64,000 bases of DNA, taken from assembly GCA_964057225.1 (NCBI GenBank), contig OZ059900.1:13330001-13394000 (forward strand), in the 5' to 3' direction. Under the pieces are notes generated by a model. The model worked only from the letters and a program-made list of their open reading frames with translations, ran no database searches and had not been told where the DNA came from. The position numbers were made by a program, and so were the translations under genes. Source of the DNA: Auanema rhodensis. Lineage: Eukaryota > Animalia > Nematoda. Below, in pieces: positions 1 to 13,799 of this stretch (position 1 is the first letter of the stretch; the number at the start of each line of letters is the position of its first letter).

Positions 1-281
1 ACAAATTTGAATATGAACATGACGCGTCTTTTACATTGTAGTTTGACCGGATAAAGCTTTGTATAGCTTTGTACACTGATCACATATACGGCGATAGGCT
101 AGAACAGTTCATAAGTTTCCTGGATAGATTTGGTTTAATTACCCAAGTTAGAGGTAGTATCTCAATCTAACCAGAGAACTTCTGAGTTGGAAATACATTT
201 TGGAAAGCACACCATGAGTGTGCAATATTGAAAACTGTCTGTCTTAGTATGATTATATGACACTATAGATACCAAAGCAAT
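1..281 (+). repeat. Representative short (281-bp) monomer with 2 copies of the internal 10-mer
   Basis: The unit starting ACAAATTTGAATATG at 1 restarts at 282 (variant ATAAATTTG). It contains AGCTTTGTAT AGCTTTGTAC at 55-74. Confidence 0.95.
109..185. other. Imperfect 22-bp inverted repeat with a 33-bp spacer, present in every monomer
   Basis: 109-130 TCATAAGTTTCCTGGATAGATT matches the reverse complement of 164-185 (TCAGAAGTTCTCTGGTTAGATT) at 18 of 22 positions. Confidence 0.8.
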
Positions 282-572
282 ATAAATTTGAATATGAACA
301 TGACGCGTCTTTTACATTATAGTTTGACCGGATAAAGCTTTGTATAGCTTTGTATAGCTTTGTACACTGATCACATATACGGCGATAGGCTAGAACAGTT
401 CATAAGTTTCCTGGATAGATTTGGTTTAATTACCCAAGTTAGAGGTAGTATCTCAATCTAACCAGAGAACTTCTGAGTTGGAAATACATTTTGGAAAGCA
501 CACCATGAGTGTGCAATATTGAAAACTGTCTGTCTTAGTATGATTATATGACACTATAAATGCCAAAGCAAA
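282..572 (+). repeat. Representative long (291-bp) monomer with 3 copies of the internal 10-mer
   Basis: The next unit restarts at 573. It contains AGCTTTGTAT x2 plus AGCTTTGTAC at 336-365. Confidence 0.95.
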
Positions 573-3500
573 ACAAATTTGAATATGAACATGACGCGTC
601 TTTTACATTATAGTTTGACCGGATAAAGCTTTGTATAGCTTTGTATAGCTTTGTACACTGATCACATATACGGCGATAGGCTAGAACAGTTCATAAGTTT
701 CCTGGATAGATTTGGTTTAATTACCCAAGTTAGAGGTAGTATCTCAATCTAACCAGAGAACTTCTGAGTTGGAAATACATTTTGGAAAGCACACCATGAG
801 TGTGCAATATTGAAAACTGTCTGTCTTAGTATGATTATATGACACTATAGATGCCAAAGCAAAACAAATTTGAATATGAACATGACGCGTCTTTTACATT
901 ATAGTTTGACCGGATAAAGCTTTGTATAGCTTTGTACACTGATCACATATACGGCGATAGGCTAGAACAGTTCATAAGTTTCCTGGATAGATTTGGTTTA
1001 ATTACCCAAGTTAGAGGTAGTATCTCAATCTAACCAGAGAACTTCTGAGTTGGAAATACATTTTGGAAAGCACACCATGAGTGTGCAATATTGAAAACTG
1101 TCTGTCTTAGTATGATTATATGACACTATAGATGCCAAAGCAATATAAATTTGAATATGAACATGACGCGTCTTTTACATTATAGTTTGACCGGATAAAG
1201 CTTTGTATAGCTTTGTATAGCTTTGTACACTGATCACATATACGGCGATAGGCTAGAACAGTTCATAAGTTTCCTGAATAGATTTGGTTTAATTACCCAA
1301 GTTAGAGGTAGTATCTCAATCTAACCAGAGAACTTCTGAGTTGGAAATACATTTTGGAAAGCACACCATGAGTGTGCAATATTGAAAACTGTCTGTCTTA
1401 GTATGATTATATGACACTATAGATGCCAAAGCAAAACAAATTTGAATATGAACATGACGCGTCTTTTACATTATAGTTTGACCGGATAAAGCTTTGTATA
1501 GCTTTGTATAGCTTTGTACACTGATCACATATACGGCGATAGGCTAGAACAGTTCATAAGTTTCCTGAATAGATTTGGTTTAATTACCCAAGTTAGAGGT
1601 AGTATCTCAATCTAACCAGAGAACTTCTGAGTTGGAAATACATTTTGGAAAGCACACCATGAGTGTGCAATATTGAAAACTGTCTGTCTTAGTATGATTA
1701 TATGACACTATAGATGCCAAAGCAATATAAATTTGAATATGAACATGACGCGTCTTTTACATTATAGTTTGACCGGATAAAGCTTTGTATAGCTTTGTAC
1801 ACTGATCACATATACGGCGATAGGCTAGAACAGTTCATAAGTTTCCTGGATAGATTTGGTTTAATTACCCAAGTTAGAGGTAGTATCTCAATCTAACCAG
1901 AGAACTTCTGAGTTGGAAATACATTTTGGAAAGCACACCATGAGTGTGCAATATTGAAAACTGTCTGTCTTAGTATGATTATATGACACTATAGATGCCA
2001 AAGCAATATAAATTTGAATATGAACATGACGCGTCTTTTACATTATAGTTTGACCGGATAAAGCTTTGTATAGCTTTGTATAGCTTTGTACACTGATCAC
2101 ATATACGGCGATAGGCTAGAACAGTTCATAAGTTTCCTGAATAGATTTGGTTTAATTACCCAAGTTAGAGGTAGTATCTCAATCTAACCAGAGAACTTCT
2201 GAGTTGGAAATACATTTTGGAAAGCACACCATGAGTGTGCAATATTAAAAACTGTCTGTCTTAGTATGATTATATGACACTATAAATGCCAAAGCAAAAC
2301 AAATTTGAATATGAACATGACGCGTCTTTTACATTATAGTTTGACCTGATAAAGCTTTGGATAGCTTTGTATAGCTTTGTACACTGATCACATATACGGC
2401 GATAGGCTAGAACAGTTCATAAGTTTCCTGGATAGATTTGGTTTAATTACCCAAGTTAGAGGTAGTATCTCAATCTAACCAGAGAACTTCTGAGTTGGAA
2501 ATACATTTTGGAAAGCACACCATGAGTGTGCAATATTGAAAACTGTCTGTCTTAGTATGATTATATGACACTATAGATGCCAAAGCAAAACAAATTTGAA
2601 TATGAACATGACGCGTCTTTTACATTGTAGTTTGACCGGATAAAGCTTTGTATAGCTTTGTACACTGATCACATATACGGCGAGAGGCTAGAACAGTTTA
2701 TAAGTTTCCTGAATAGATTTGGTTTAATTACCCAAGTTAGAGGTAGTATCTCAATCTAACCAGAGAACTTCTGAGTTGGAAATACATTTTGGAAAGCACA
2801 CCATGAGTGTGCAATATTGAAAACTGTCTGTCTTAGTATGATTATATGACACTATAGATGCCAAAGCAATATAAATTTGAATATGAACATGACGCGTCTT
2901 TTACATTATAGTTTGACCGGATAAAGCTTTGTATAGCTTTGTATAGCTTTGTACACTGATCACATATACGGCGATAGGCTAGAACAGTTTATAAGTTTCC
3001 TGAATAGATTTGGTTTAATTACCCAAGTTAGAGGTAGTATCTCAATCTAACCAGAGAACTTCTGAGTTGGAAATACATTTTGGAAAGCACACCACGAGTG
3101 TGCAATATTGAAAACTGTCTGTCTTAGTATGATTATATGACACTATAAATGCCAAAGCAAAACAAATTTGAATATGAACATGACGCGTCTTTTACATTAT
3201 AGTTTGACCGGATAAAGCTTTGTATAGCTTTGTATAGCTTTGTACACTGATCACATATACGGCGATAGGCTAGAACAGTTCATAAGTTTCCTGGATAGAT
3301 TTGGTTTAATTACCCAAGTTAGAGGTAGTATCTCAATCTAACCAGAGAACTTCTGAGTTGGAAATACATTTTGGAAAGCACACCATGAGTGTGCAATATT
3401 GAAAACTGTCTGTCTTAGTATGATTATATGACACTATAGATGCCAAAGCAAAACAAATTTGAATATGAACATGACGCGTCTTTTACATTGTAGTTTGACC

Positions 3501-6500
3501 GGATAAAGCTTTGTATAGCTTTGTACACTGATCACATATACGGCGATAGGCTAGAACAGTTCATAAGTTTCCTGAATAGATTTGGATTAATTACCCAAGT
3601 TAGAGGTAGTATCTCAATCTAACCAGAGAACTTCTGAGTTGGAAATACATTTTGGAAAGCACACCATGAGTGTGCAATATTAAAAACTGTCTGTCTTAGT
3701 ATGATTATATGACACTATAGATGCCAAAGCAAAACAAATTTGAATATGAACATGACGCGTCTTTTACATTATAGTTTGACCTGATAAAGCTTTGGATAGC
3801 TTTGTACACTGATCACATATACGGCGAGAGGCTAGAACAGTTTATAAGTTTCCTGAATAGATTTGGTTTAATTACCCAAGTTAGAGGTAGTATCTCAATC
3901 TAACCAGAGAACTTCTGAGTTGGAAATACATTTTGGAAAGCACACCATGAGTGTGCAATATTGAAAACTGTCTGTCTTAGTATGATTATATGACACTATA
4001 GATGCCAAAGCAAAACAAATTTGAATATGAACATGACGCGTCTTTTACATTATAATTTGACCGGATAAAGCTTTGTATAGCTTTGTATAGCTTTGTACAC
4101 TGATCACATATACGGCGATAGGCTAGGACAGTTTATAAGTTTCCTGAATAGATTTGGTTTAATTACCCAAGTTAGAGGTAGTATCTCAATCTAACCAGAG
4201 AACTTCTGAGTTGGAAATACATTTTGGAAAGCACACCATGAGTGTGCAATATTGAAAACTGTCTGTCTTAGTATGATTATATGACACTATAGATGCCAAA
4301 GCAAAACAAATTTGAATATGAACATGACGCGTCTTTTACATTATAGTTTGACCGGATAAAGCTTTGTATAGCTTTGTATAGCTTTGTACACTGATCACAT
4401 ATACGGCGAGAGGCTAGAACAGTTTATAAGTTTCCTGAATAGATTTGGTTTAATTACCCAAGTTAGAGGTAGTATCTCAATCTAACCAGAGAACTTCTGA
4501 GTTGGAAATACATTTTGGAAAGCACACCATGAGTGTGCAATATTGAAAACTGTCTGTCTTAGTATGATTATATGACACTATAGATGCCAAAGCAAAACAA
4601 ATTTGAATATGAACATGACGCGTCTTTTACATTATAGTTTGACCGGATAAAGCTTTGTATAGCTTTGTATAGCTTTGTACACTGATCACATATACGGCGA
4701 TAGGCTAGAACAGTTTATAAGTTTCCTGAATAGATTTGGTTTAATTACCCAAGTTAGAGGTAGTATCTCAATCTAACCAGAGAACTTCTGAGTTGGAAAT
4801 ACATTTTGGAAAGCACACCACGAGTGTGCAATATTGAAAACTGTCTGTCTTAGTATGATTATATGACACTATAAATGCCAAAGCAAAACAAATTTGAATA
4901 TGAACATGACGCGTCTTTTACATTATAGTTTGACCGGATAAAGCTTTGTATAGCTTTGTATAGCTTTGTACACTGATCACATATACGGCGATAGGCTAGA
5001 ACAGTTCATAAGTTTCCTGGATAGATTTGGTTTAATTACCCAAGTTAGAGGTAGTATCTCAATCTAACCAGAGAACTTCTGAGTTGGAAATACATTTTGG
5101 AAAGCACACCATGAGTGTGCAATATTGAAAACTGTCTGTCTTAGTATGATTATATGACACTATAGATGCCAAAGCAAAACAAATTTGAATATGAACATGA
5201 CGCGTCTTTTACATTGTAGTTTGACCGGATAAAGCTTTGTATAGCTTTGTACACTGATCACATATACGGCGATAGGCTAGAACAGTTCATAAGTTTCCTG
5301 GATAGATTTGGTTTAATTACCCAAGTTAGAGGTGGTATCTCAATCTAACCAGAGAACTTCTGAGTTGGAAATACATTTTGGAAAGCACACCATGAGTGTG
5401 CAATATTGAAAACTGTCTGTCTTAGTATGATTATATGACACTATAGATGCCAAAGCAAAACAAATTTGAATATGAACATGACGCGTCTTTTACATTATAG
5501 TTTGACCGGATAAAGCTTTGTATAGCTTTGTATAGCTTTGTACACTGATCACATATACGGCGAGAGGCTAGAACAGTTTATAAGTTTCCTGAATAGATTT
5601 GGTTTAATTACCCAAGTTAGAGGTAGTATCTCAATCTAACCAGAGAACTTCTGAGTTGGAAATACATTTTGGAAAGCACACCATGAGTGTGCAATATTGA
5701 AAACTGTCTGTCTTAGTATGATTATATGACACTATAGATGCCAAAGCAATATAAATTTGAATATGAACATGACGCGTCTTTTACATTATAGTTTGACCGG
5801 ATAAAGCTTTGTATAGCTTTGTATAGCTTTGTACACTGATCACATATACGGCGATAGGCTAGAACAGTTCATAAGTTTCCTGAATAGATTTGGTTTAATT
5901 ACCCAAGTTAGAGGTAGTATCTCAATCTAACCAGAGAACTTCTGAGTTGGAAATACATTTTGGAAAGCACACCATGAGTGTGCAATATTAAAAACTGTCT
6001 GTCTTAGTATGATTATATGACACTATAGATGCCAAAGCAAAACAAATTTGAATATGAACATGACGCGTCTTTTACATTATAGTTTGACCTGATAAAGCTT
6101 TGGATAGCTTTGTACACTGATCACATATACGGCGAGAGGCTAGAACAGTTTATAAGTTTCCTGAATAGATTTGGTTTAATTACCCAAGTTAGAGGTAGTA
6201 TCTCAATCTAACCAGAGAACTTCTGAGTTGGAAATACATTTTGGAAAGCACACCATGAGTGTGCAATATTGAAAACTGTCTGTCTTAGTATGATTATATG
6301 ACACTATAGATGCCAAAGCAAAACAAATTTGAATATGAACATGACGCGTCTTTTACATTGTAGTTTGACCGGATAAAGCTTTGTATAGCTTTGTACACTG
6401 ATCACATATACGGCGATAGGCTAGAACAGTTCATAAGTTTCCTGGATAGATTTGGTTTAATTACCCAAGTTAGAGGTAGTATCTCAATCTAACCAGAGAA

Positions 6501-9500
6501 CTTCTGAGTTGGAAATACATTTTGGAAAGCACACCATGAGTGTGCAATATTGAAAACTGTCTGTCTTAGTATGATTATATGACACTATAGATGCCAAAGC
6601 AATATAAATTTGAATATGAACATGACGCGTCTTTTACATTATAGTTTGACCGGATAAAGCTTTGTATAGCTTTGTATAGCTTTGTACACTGATCACATAT
6701 ACGGCGATAGGCTAGAACAGTTCATAAGTTTCCTGAATAGATTTGGTTTAATTACCCAAGTTAGAGGTAGTATCTCAATCTAACCAGAGAACTTCTGAGT
6801 TGGAAATACATTTTGGAAAGCACACCATGAGTGTGCAATATTAAAAACTGTCTGTCTTAGTATGATTATATGACACTATAGATGCCAAAGCAAAACAAAT
6901 TTGAATATGAACATGACGCGTCTTTTACATTATAGTTTGACCTGATAAAGCTTTGGATAGCTTTGTACACTGATCACATATACGGCGAGAGGCTAGAACA
7001 GTTTATAAGTTTCCTGAATAGATTTGGTTTAATTACCCAAGTTAGAGGTAGTATCTCAATCTAACCAGAGAACTTCTGAGTTGGAAATACATTTTGGAAA
7101 GCACACCATGAGTGTGCAATATTGAAAACTGTCTGTCTTAGTATGATTATATGACACTATAGATGCCAAAGCAAAACAAATTTGAATATGAACATGACGC
7201 GTCTTTTACATTATAATTTGACCGGATAAAGCTTTGTATAGCTTTGTATAGCTTTGTACACTGATCACATATACGGCGATAGGCTAGAACAGTTCATAAG
7301 TTTCCTGAATAGATTTGGTTTAATTACCCAAGTTAGAGGTAGTATCTCAATCTAACCAGAGAACTTCTGAGTTGGAAATACATTTTGGAAAGCACACCAT
7401 GAGTGTGCAATATTAAAAACTGTCTGTCTTAGTATGATTATATGACACTATAGATGCCAAAGCAAAACAAATTTGAATATGAACATGACGCGTCTTTTAC
7501 ATTATAGTTTGACCTGATAAAGCTTTGGATAGCTTTGTACACTGATCACATATACGGCGAGAGGCTAGAACAGTTTATAAGTTTCCTGAATAGATTTGGT
7601 TTAATTACCCAAGTTAGAGGTAGTATCTCAATCTAACCAGAGAACTTCTGAGTTGGAAATACATTTTGGAAAGCACACCATGAGTGTGCAATATTGAAAA
7701 CTGTCTGTCTTAGTATGATTATATGACACTATAGATGCCAAAGCAATATAAATTTGAATATGAACATGACGCGTCTTTTACATTATAGTTTGACCGGATA
7801 AAGCTTTGTATAGCTTTGTATAGCTTTGTACACTGATCACATATACGGCGATAGGCTAGAACAGTTCATAAGTTTCCTGAATAGATTTCGTTTAATTACC
7901 CAAGTTAGAGGTAGTATCTCAATCTAACCAGAGAACTTCTGAGTTGGAAATACATTTTGGAAAGCACACCATGAGTGTGCAATATTGAAAACTGTCTGTC
8001 TTAGTATGATTATATGACACTATAGATGCCAAAGCAATATAAATTTGAATATGAACATGACGCGTCTTTTACATTATAGTTTGACCGGATAAAGCTTTGT
8101 ATAGCTTTGTATAGCTTTGTACACTGATCACATATACGGCGAGAGGCTAGAACAGTTCATAAGTTTCCTGAATAGATTTGGTTTAATTACCCAAGTTAGA
8201 GGTAGTATCTCAATCTAACCAGAGAACTTCTGAGTTGGAAATACATTTTGGAAAGCACACCATGAGTGTGCAATATTGAAAACTGTCTGTCTTAGTATGA
8301 TTATATGACACTATAGATGCCAAAGCAATATAAATTTGAATATGAACATGACGCGTCTTTTACATTATAGTTTGACCGGATAAAGCTTTGTATAGCTTTG
8401 TATAGCTTTGTACACTGATCACATATACGGCGATAGGCTAGAACAGTTTATAAGTTTCCTGAATAGATTTGGTTTAATTACCCAAGTTAGAGGTAGTATC
8501 TCAATCTAACCAGAGAACTTCTGAGTTGGAAATACATTTTGGAAAGCACACCATGAGTGTGCAATATTGAAAACTGTCTGTCTTAGTATGATTATATGAC
8601 ACTATAGATGCCAAAGCAATATAAATTTGAATATGAACATGACGCGTCTTTTACATTATAGTTTGACCGGATAAAGCTTTGTATAGCTTTGTATAGCTTT
8701 GTACACTGATCACATATACGGCGATAGGCTAGAACAGTTCATAAGTTTCCTGAATAGATTTGGTTTAATTACCCAAGTTAGAGGTAGTATCTCAATCTAA
8801 CCAGAGAACTTCTGAGTTGGAAATACATTTTGGAAAGCACACCATGAGTGTGCAATATTAAAAACTGTCTGTCTTAGTATGATTATATGACACTATAGAT
8901 GCCAAAGCAAAACAAATTTGAATATGAACATGACGCGTCTTTTACATTATAGTTTGACCTGATAAAGCTTTGGATAGCTTTGTACACTGATCACATATAC
9001 GGCGAGAGGCTAGAACAGTTCATAAGTTTCCTGAATAGATTTGGTTTAATTACCCAAGTTAGAGGTAGTATCTCAATCTAACCAGAGAACTTCTGAGTTG
9101 GAAATACATTTTGGAAAGCACACCATGAGTGTGCAATATTGAAAACTGTCTGTCTTAGTATGATTATATGACACTATAGATGCCAAAGCAATATAAATTT
9201 GAATATGAACATGACGCGTCTTTTACATTATAGTTTGACCGGATAAAGCTTTGTATAGCTTTGTATAGCTTTGTACACTGATCACATATACGGCGATAGG
9301 CTAGAACAGTTTATAAGTTTCCTGAATAGATTTGGTTTAATTACCCAAGTTAGAGGTAGTATCTCAATCTAACCAGAGAACTTCTGAGTTGGAAATACAT
9401 TTTGGAAAGCACACCATGAGTGTGCAATATTGAAAACTGTCTGTCTTAGTATGATTATATGACACTATAGATGCCAAAGCAATATAAATTTGAATATGAA

Positions 9501-12500
9501 CATGACGCGTCTTTTACATTATAGTTTGACCGGATAAAGCTTTGTATAGCTTTGTATAGCTTTGTACACTGATCACATATACGGCGAGAGGCTAGAACAG
9601 TTTATAAGTTTCCTGAATAGATTTGGTTTAATTACCCAAGTTAGAGGTAGTATCTCAATCTAACCAGAGAACTTCTGAGTTGGAAATACATTTTGGAAAG
9701 CACACCATGAGTGTGCAATATTGAAAACTGTCTGTCTTAGTATGATTATATGACACTATAGATGCCAAAGCAAAACAAATTTGAATATGAACATGACGCG
9801 TCTTTTACATTATAATTTGACCGGATAAAGCTTTGTATAGCTTTGTATAGCTTTGTACACTGATCACATATACGGCGATAGGCTAGAACAGTTTATAAGT
9901 TTCCTGAATAGATTTGATTTAATTACCCAAGTTAGAGGTAGTATCTCAATCTAACCAGAGAACTTCTGAGTTGGAAATACATTTTGGAAAGCACACCATG
10001 AGTGTGCAATATTGAAAACTGTCTGTCTTAGTATGATTATATGACACTATAGATGCCAAAGCAATATAAATTTGAATATGAACATGACGCGTCTTTTACA
10101 TTATAGTTTGACCGGATAAAGCTTTGTATAGCTTTGTATAGCTTTGTACACTGATCACATATACGGCGATAGGCTAGAACAGTTCATAAGTTTCCTGAAT
10201 AGATTTGGTTTAATTACCCAAGTTAGAGGTAGTATCTCAATCTAACCAGAGAACTTCTGAGTTGGAAATACATTTTGGAAAGCACACCATGAGTGTGCAA
10301 TATTGAAAACTGTCTGTCTTAGTATGATTATATGACACTATAGATGCCAAAGCAAAACAAATTTGAATATGAACATGACGCGTCTTTTACATTATAGTTT
10401 GACCGGATAAAGCCTTTGTATAGCTTTGGATAGCTTTGTACACTGATCACATATACGGCGATAGGCTAGAACAGTTCATAAGTTTCCTGGATAGATTTGG
10501 TTTAATTACCCAAGTTAGAGGTAGTATCTCAATCTAACCAGAGAACTTCTGAGTTGGAAATACATTTTGGAAAGCACACCATGAGTGTGCAATATTGAAA
10601 ACTGTCTGTCTTAGTATGATTATATGACACTATAGATGCCAAAGCAAAACAAATTTGAATATGAACATGACGCGTCTTTTACATTGTAGTTTGACCGGAT
10701 AAAGCTTTGTATAGCTTTGTACACTGATCACATATACGGCGATAGGCTAGAACAGTTCATAAGTTTCCTGGATAGATTTGGTTTAATTACCCAAGTTAGA
10801 GGTAGTATCTCAATCTAACCAGAGAACTTCTGAGTTGGAAATACATTTTGGAAAGCACACCATGAGTGTGCAATATTGAAAACTGTCTGTCTTAGTATGA
10901 TTATATGACACTATAGATGCCAAAGCAATATAAATTTGAATATGAACATGACGCGTCTTTTACATTATAGTTTGACCGGATAAAGCTTTGTATAGCTTTG
11001 TATAGCTTTGTACACTGATCACATATACGGCGATAGGCTAGAACAGTTCATAAGTTTCCTGAATAGATTTGGTTTAATTACCCAAGTTAGAGGTAGTATC
11101 TCAATCTAACCAGAGAACTTCTGAGTTGGAAATACATTTTGGAAAGCACACCATGAGTGTGCAATATTGAAAACTGTCTGTCTTAGTATGATTATATGAC
11201 ACTATAGATGCCAAAGCAAAACAAATTTGAATATGAACATGACGCGTCTTTTACATTATAGTTTGACCGGATAAAGCTTTGTATAGCTTTGTACACTGAT
11301 CACATATACGGCGATAGGCTAGAACAGTTCATAAGTTTCCTGAATAGATTTGGTTTAATTACCCAAGTTAGAGGTAGTATCTCAATCTAACCAGAGAACT
11401 TCTGAGTTGGAAATACATTTTGGAAAGCACACCATGAGTGTGCAATATTGAAAACTGTCTGTCTTAGTATGATTATATGACACTATAGATGCCAAAGCAA
11501 AACAAATTTGAATATGAACATGACGCGTCTTTTACATTATAGTTTGACCGGATAAAGCTTTGTATAGCTTTGTATAGCTTTGTACACTGATCACATATAC
11601 GGCGATAGGCTAGAACAGTTTATAAGTTTCCTGAATAGATTTGGTTTAATTACCCAAGTTAGAGGTAGTATCTCAATCTAACCAGAGAACTTCTGAGTTG
11701 GAAATACATTTTGGAAAGCACACCATGAGTGTGCAATATTGAAAACTGTCTGTCTTAGTATGATTATATGACACTATAGATGCCAAAGCAATATAAATTT
11801 GAATATGAACATGACGCGTCTTTTACATTATAGTTTGACCGGATAAAGCTTTGTATAGCTTTGTATAGCTTTGTACACTGATCACATATACGGCGATAGG
11901 CTAGAACAGTTCATAAGTTTCCTGAATAGATTTGGTTTAATTACCCAAGTTAGAGGTAGTATCTCAATCTAACCAGAGAACTTCTGAGTTGGAAATACAT
12001 TTTGGAAAGCACACCATGAGTGTGCAATATTAAAAACTGTCTGTCTTAGTATGATTATATGACACTATAGATGCCAAAGCAAAACAAATTTGAATATGAA
12101 CATGACGCGTCTTTTACATTATAGTTTGACCTGATAAAGCTTTGGATAGCTTTGTACACTGATCACATATACGGCGATAGGCTAGAACAGTTTATAAGTT
12201 TCCTGAATAGATTTGGTTTAATTACCCAAGTTAGAGGTAGTATCTCAATCTAACCAGAGAACTTCTGAGTTGGAAATACATTTTGGAAAGCACACCATGA
12301 GTGTGCAATATTGAAAACTGTCTGTCTTAGTATGATTATATGACACTATAGATGCCAAAGCAATATAAATTTGAATATGAACATGACGCGTCTTTTACAT
12401 TATAGTTTGACCGGATAAAGCTTTGTATAGCTTTGTATAGCTTTGTACACTGATCACATATACGGCGAGAGGCTAGAACAGTTTATAAGTTTCCTGAATA

Positions 12501-13799
12501 GATTTGGTTTAATTACCCAAGTTAGAGGTAGTATCTCAATCTAACCAGAGAACTTCTGAGTTGGAAATACATTTTGGAAAGCACACCATGAGTGTGCAAT
12601 ATTGAAAACTGTCTGTCTTAGTATGATTATATGACACTATAGATGCCAAAGCAAAACAAATTTGAATATGAACATGACGCGTCTTTTACATTATAATTTG
12701 ACCGGATAAAGCTTTGTATAGCTTTGTATAGCTTTGTACACTGATCACATATACGGCGATAGGCTAGAACAGTTTATAAGTTTCCTGAATAGATTTGATT
12801 TAATTACCCAAGTTAGAGGTAGTATCTCAATCTAACCAGAGAACTTCTGAGTTGGAAATACATTTTGGAAAGCACACCATGAGTGTGCAATATTGAAAAC
12901 TGTCTGTCTTAGTATGATTATATGACACTATAGATGCCAAAGCAATATAAATTTGAATATGAACATGACGCGTCTTTTACATTATAGTTTGACCGGATAA
13001 AGCTTTGTATAGCTTTGTATAGCTTTGTACACTGATCACATATACGGCGATAGGCTAGAACAGTTCATAAGTTTCCTGAATAGATTTGGTTTAATTACCC
13101 AAGTTAGAGGTAGTATCTCAATCTAACCAGAGAACTTCTGAGTTGGAAATACATTTTGGAAAGCACACCATGAGTGTGCAATATTGAAAACTGTCTGTCT
13201 TAGTATGATTATATGACACTATAGATGCCAAAGCAAAACAAATTTGAATATGAACATGACGCGTCTTTTACATTATAGTTTGACCGGATAAAGCTTTGTA
13301 TAGCTTTGGATAGCTTTGTACACTGATCACATATACGGCGATAGGCTAGAACAGTTCATAAGTTTCCTGGATAGATTTGGTTTAATTACCCAAGTTAGAG
13401 GTAGTATCTCAATCTAACCAGAGAACTTCTGAGTTGGAAATACATTTTGGAAAGCACACCATGAGTGTGCAATATTGAAAACTGTCTGTCTTAGTATGAT
13501 TATATGACACTATAGATGCCAAAGCAAAACAAATTTGAATATGAACATGACGCGTCTTTTACATTGTAGTTTGACCGGATAAAGCTTTGTATAGCTTTGT
13601 ACACTGATCACATATACGGCGATAGGCTAGAACAGTTCATAAGTTTCCTGGATAGATTTGGTTTAATTACCCAAGTTAGAGGTAGTATCTCAATCTAACC
13701 AGAGAACTTCTGAGTTGGAAATACATTTTGGAAAGCACACCATGAGTGTGCAATATTGAAAACTGTCTGTCTTAGTATGATTATATGACACTATAGATG

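Noticed and set aside
21-185. Transcription-factor motifs (ACGCGT MluI/CGCG box; heat-shock-element-like GAA…TTC)
   Set aside because: The 6-bp match has no promoter context, and the GAA-TTC spacings are 3 and 1 rather than the required 2.
70-235. Hammerhead ribozyme, as in newt, schistosome and cave-cricket satellites
   Set aside because: The core CUGANGA is absent. The plus strand has only CTGATCA, CTGAGTT and variants CTGAATA/CTGATAA, and the minus strand has no CTGA. A covariance-model scan would settle it.
1-291. 5S rDNA, tRNA, snRNA or spliced-leader tandem gene unit
   Set aside because: I see no recognisable 5S, tRNA or SL sequence and no Pol III A/B/C boxes by eye. This was not formally excluded without an Rfam search.
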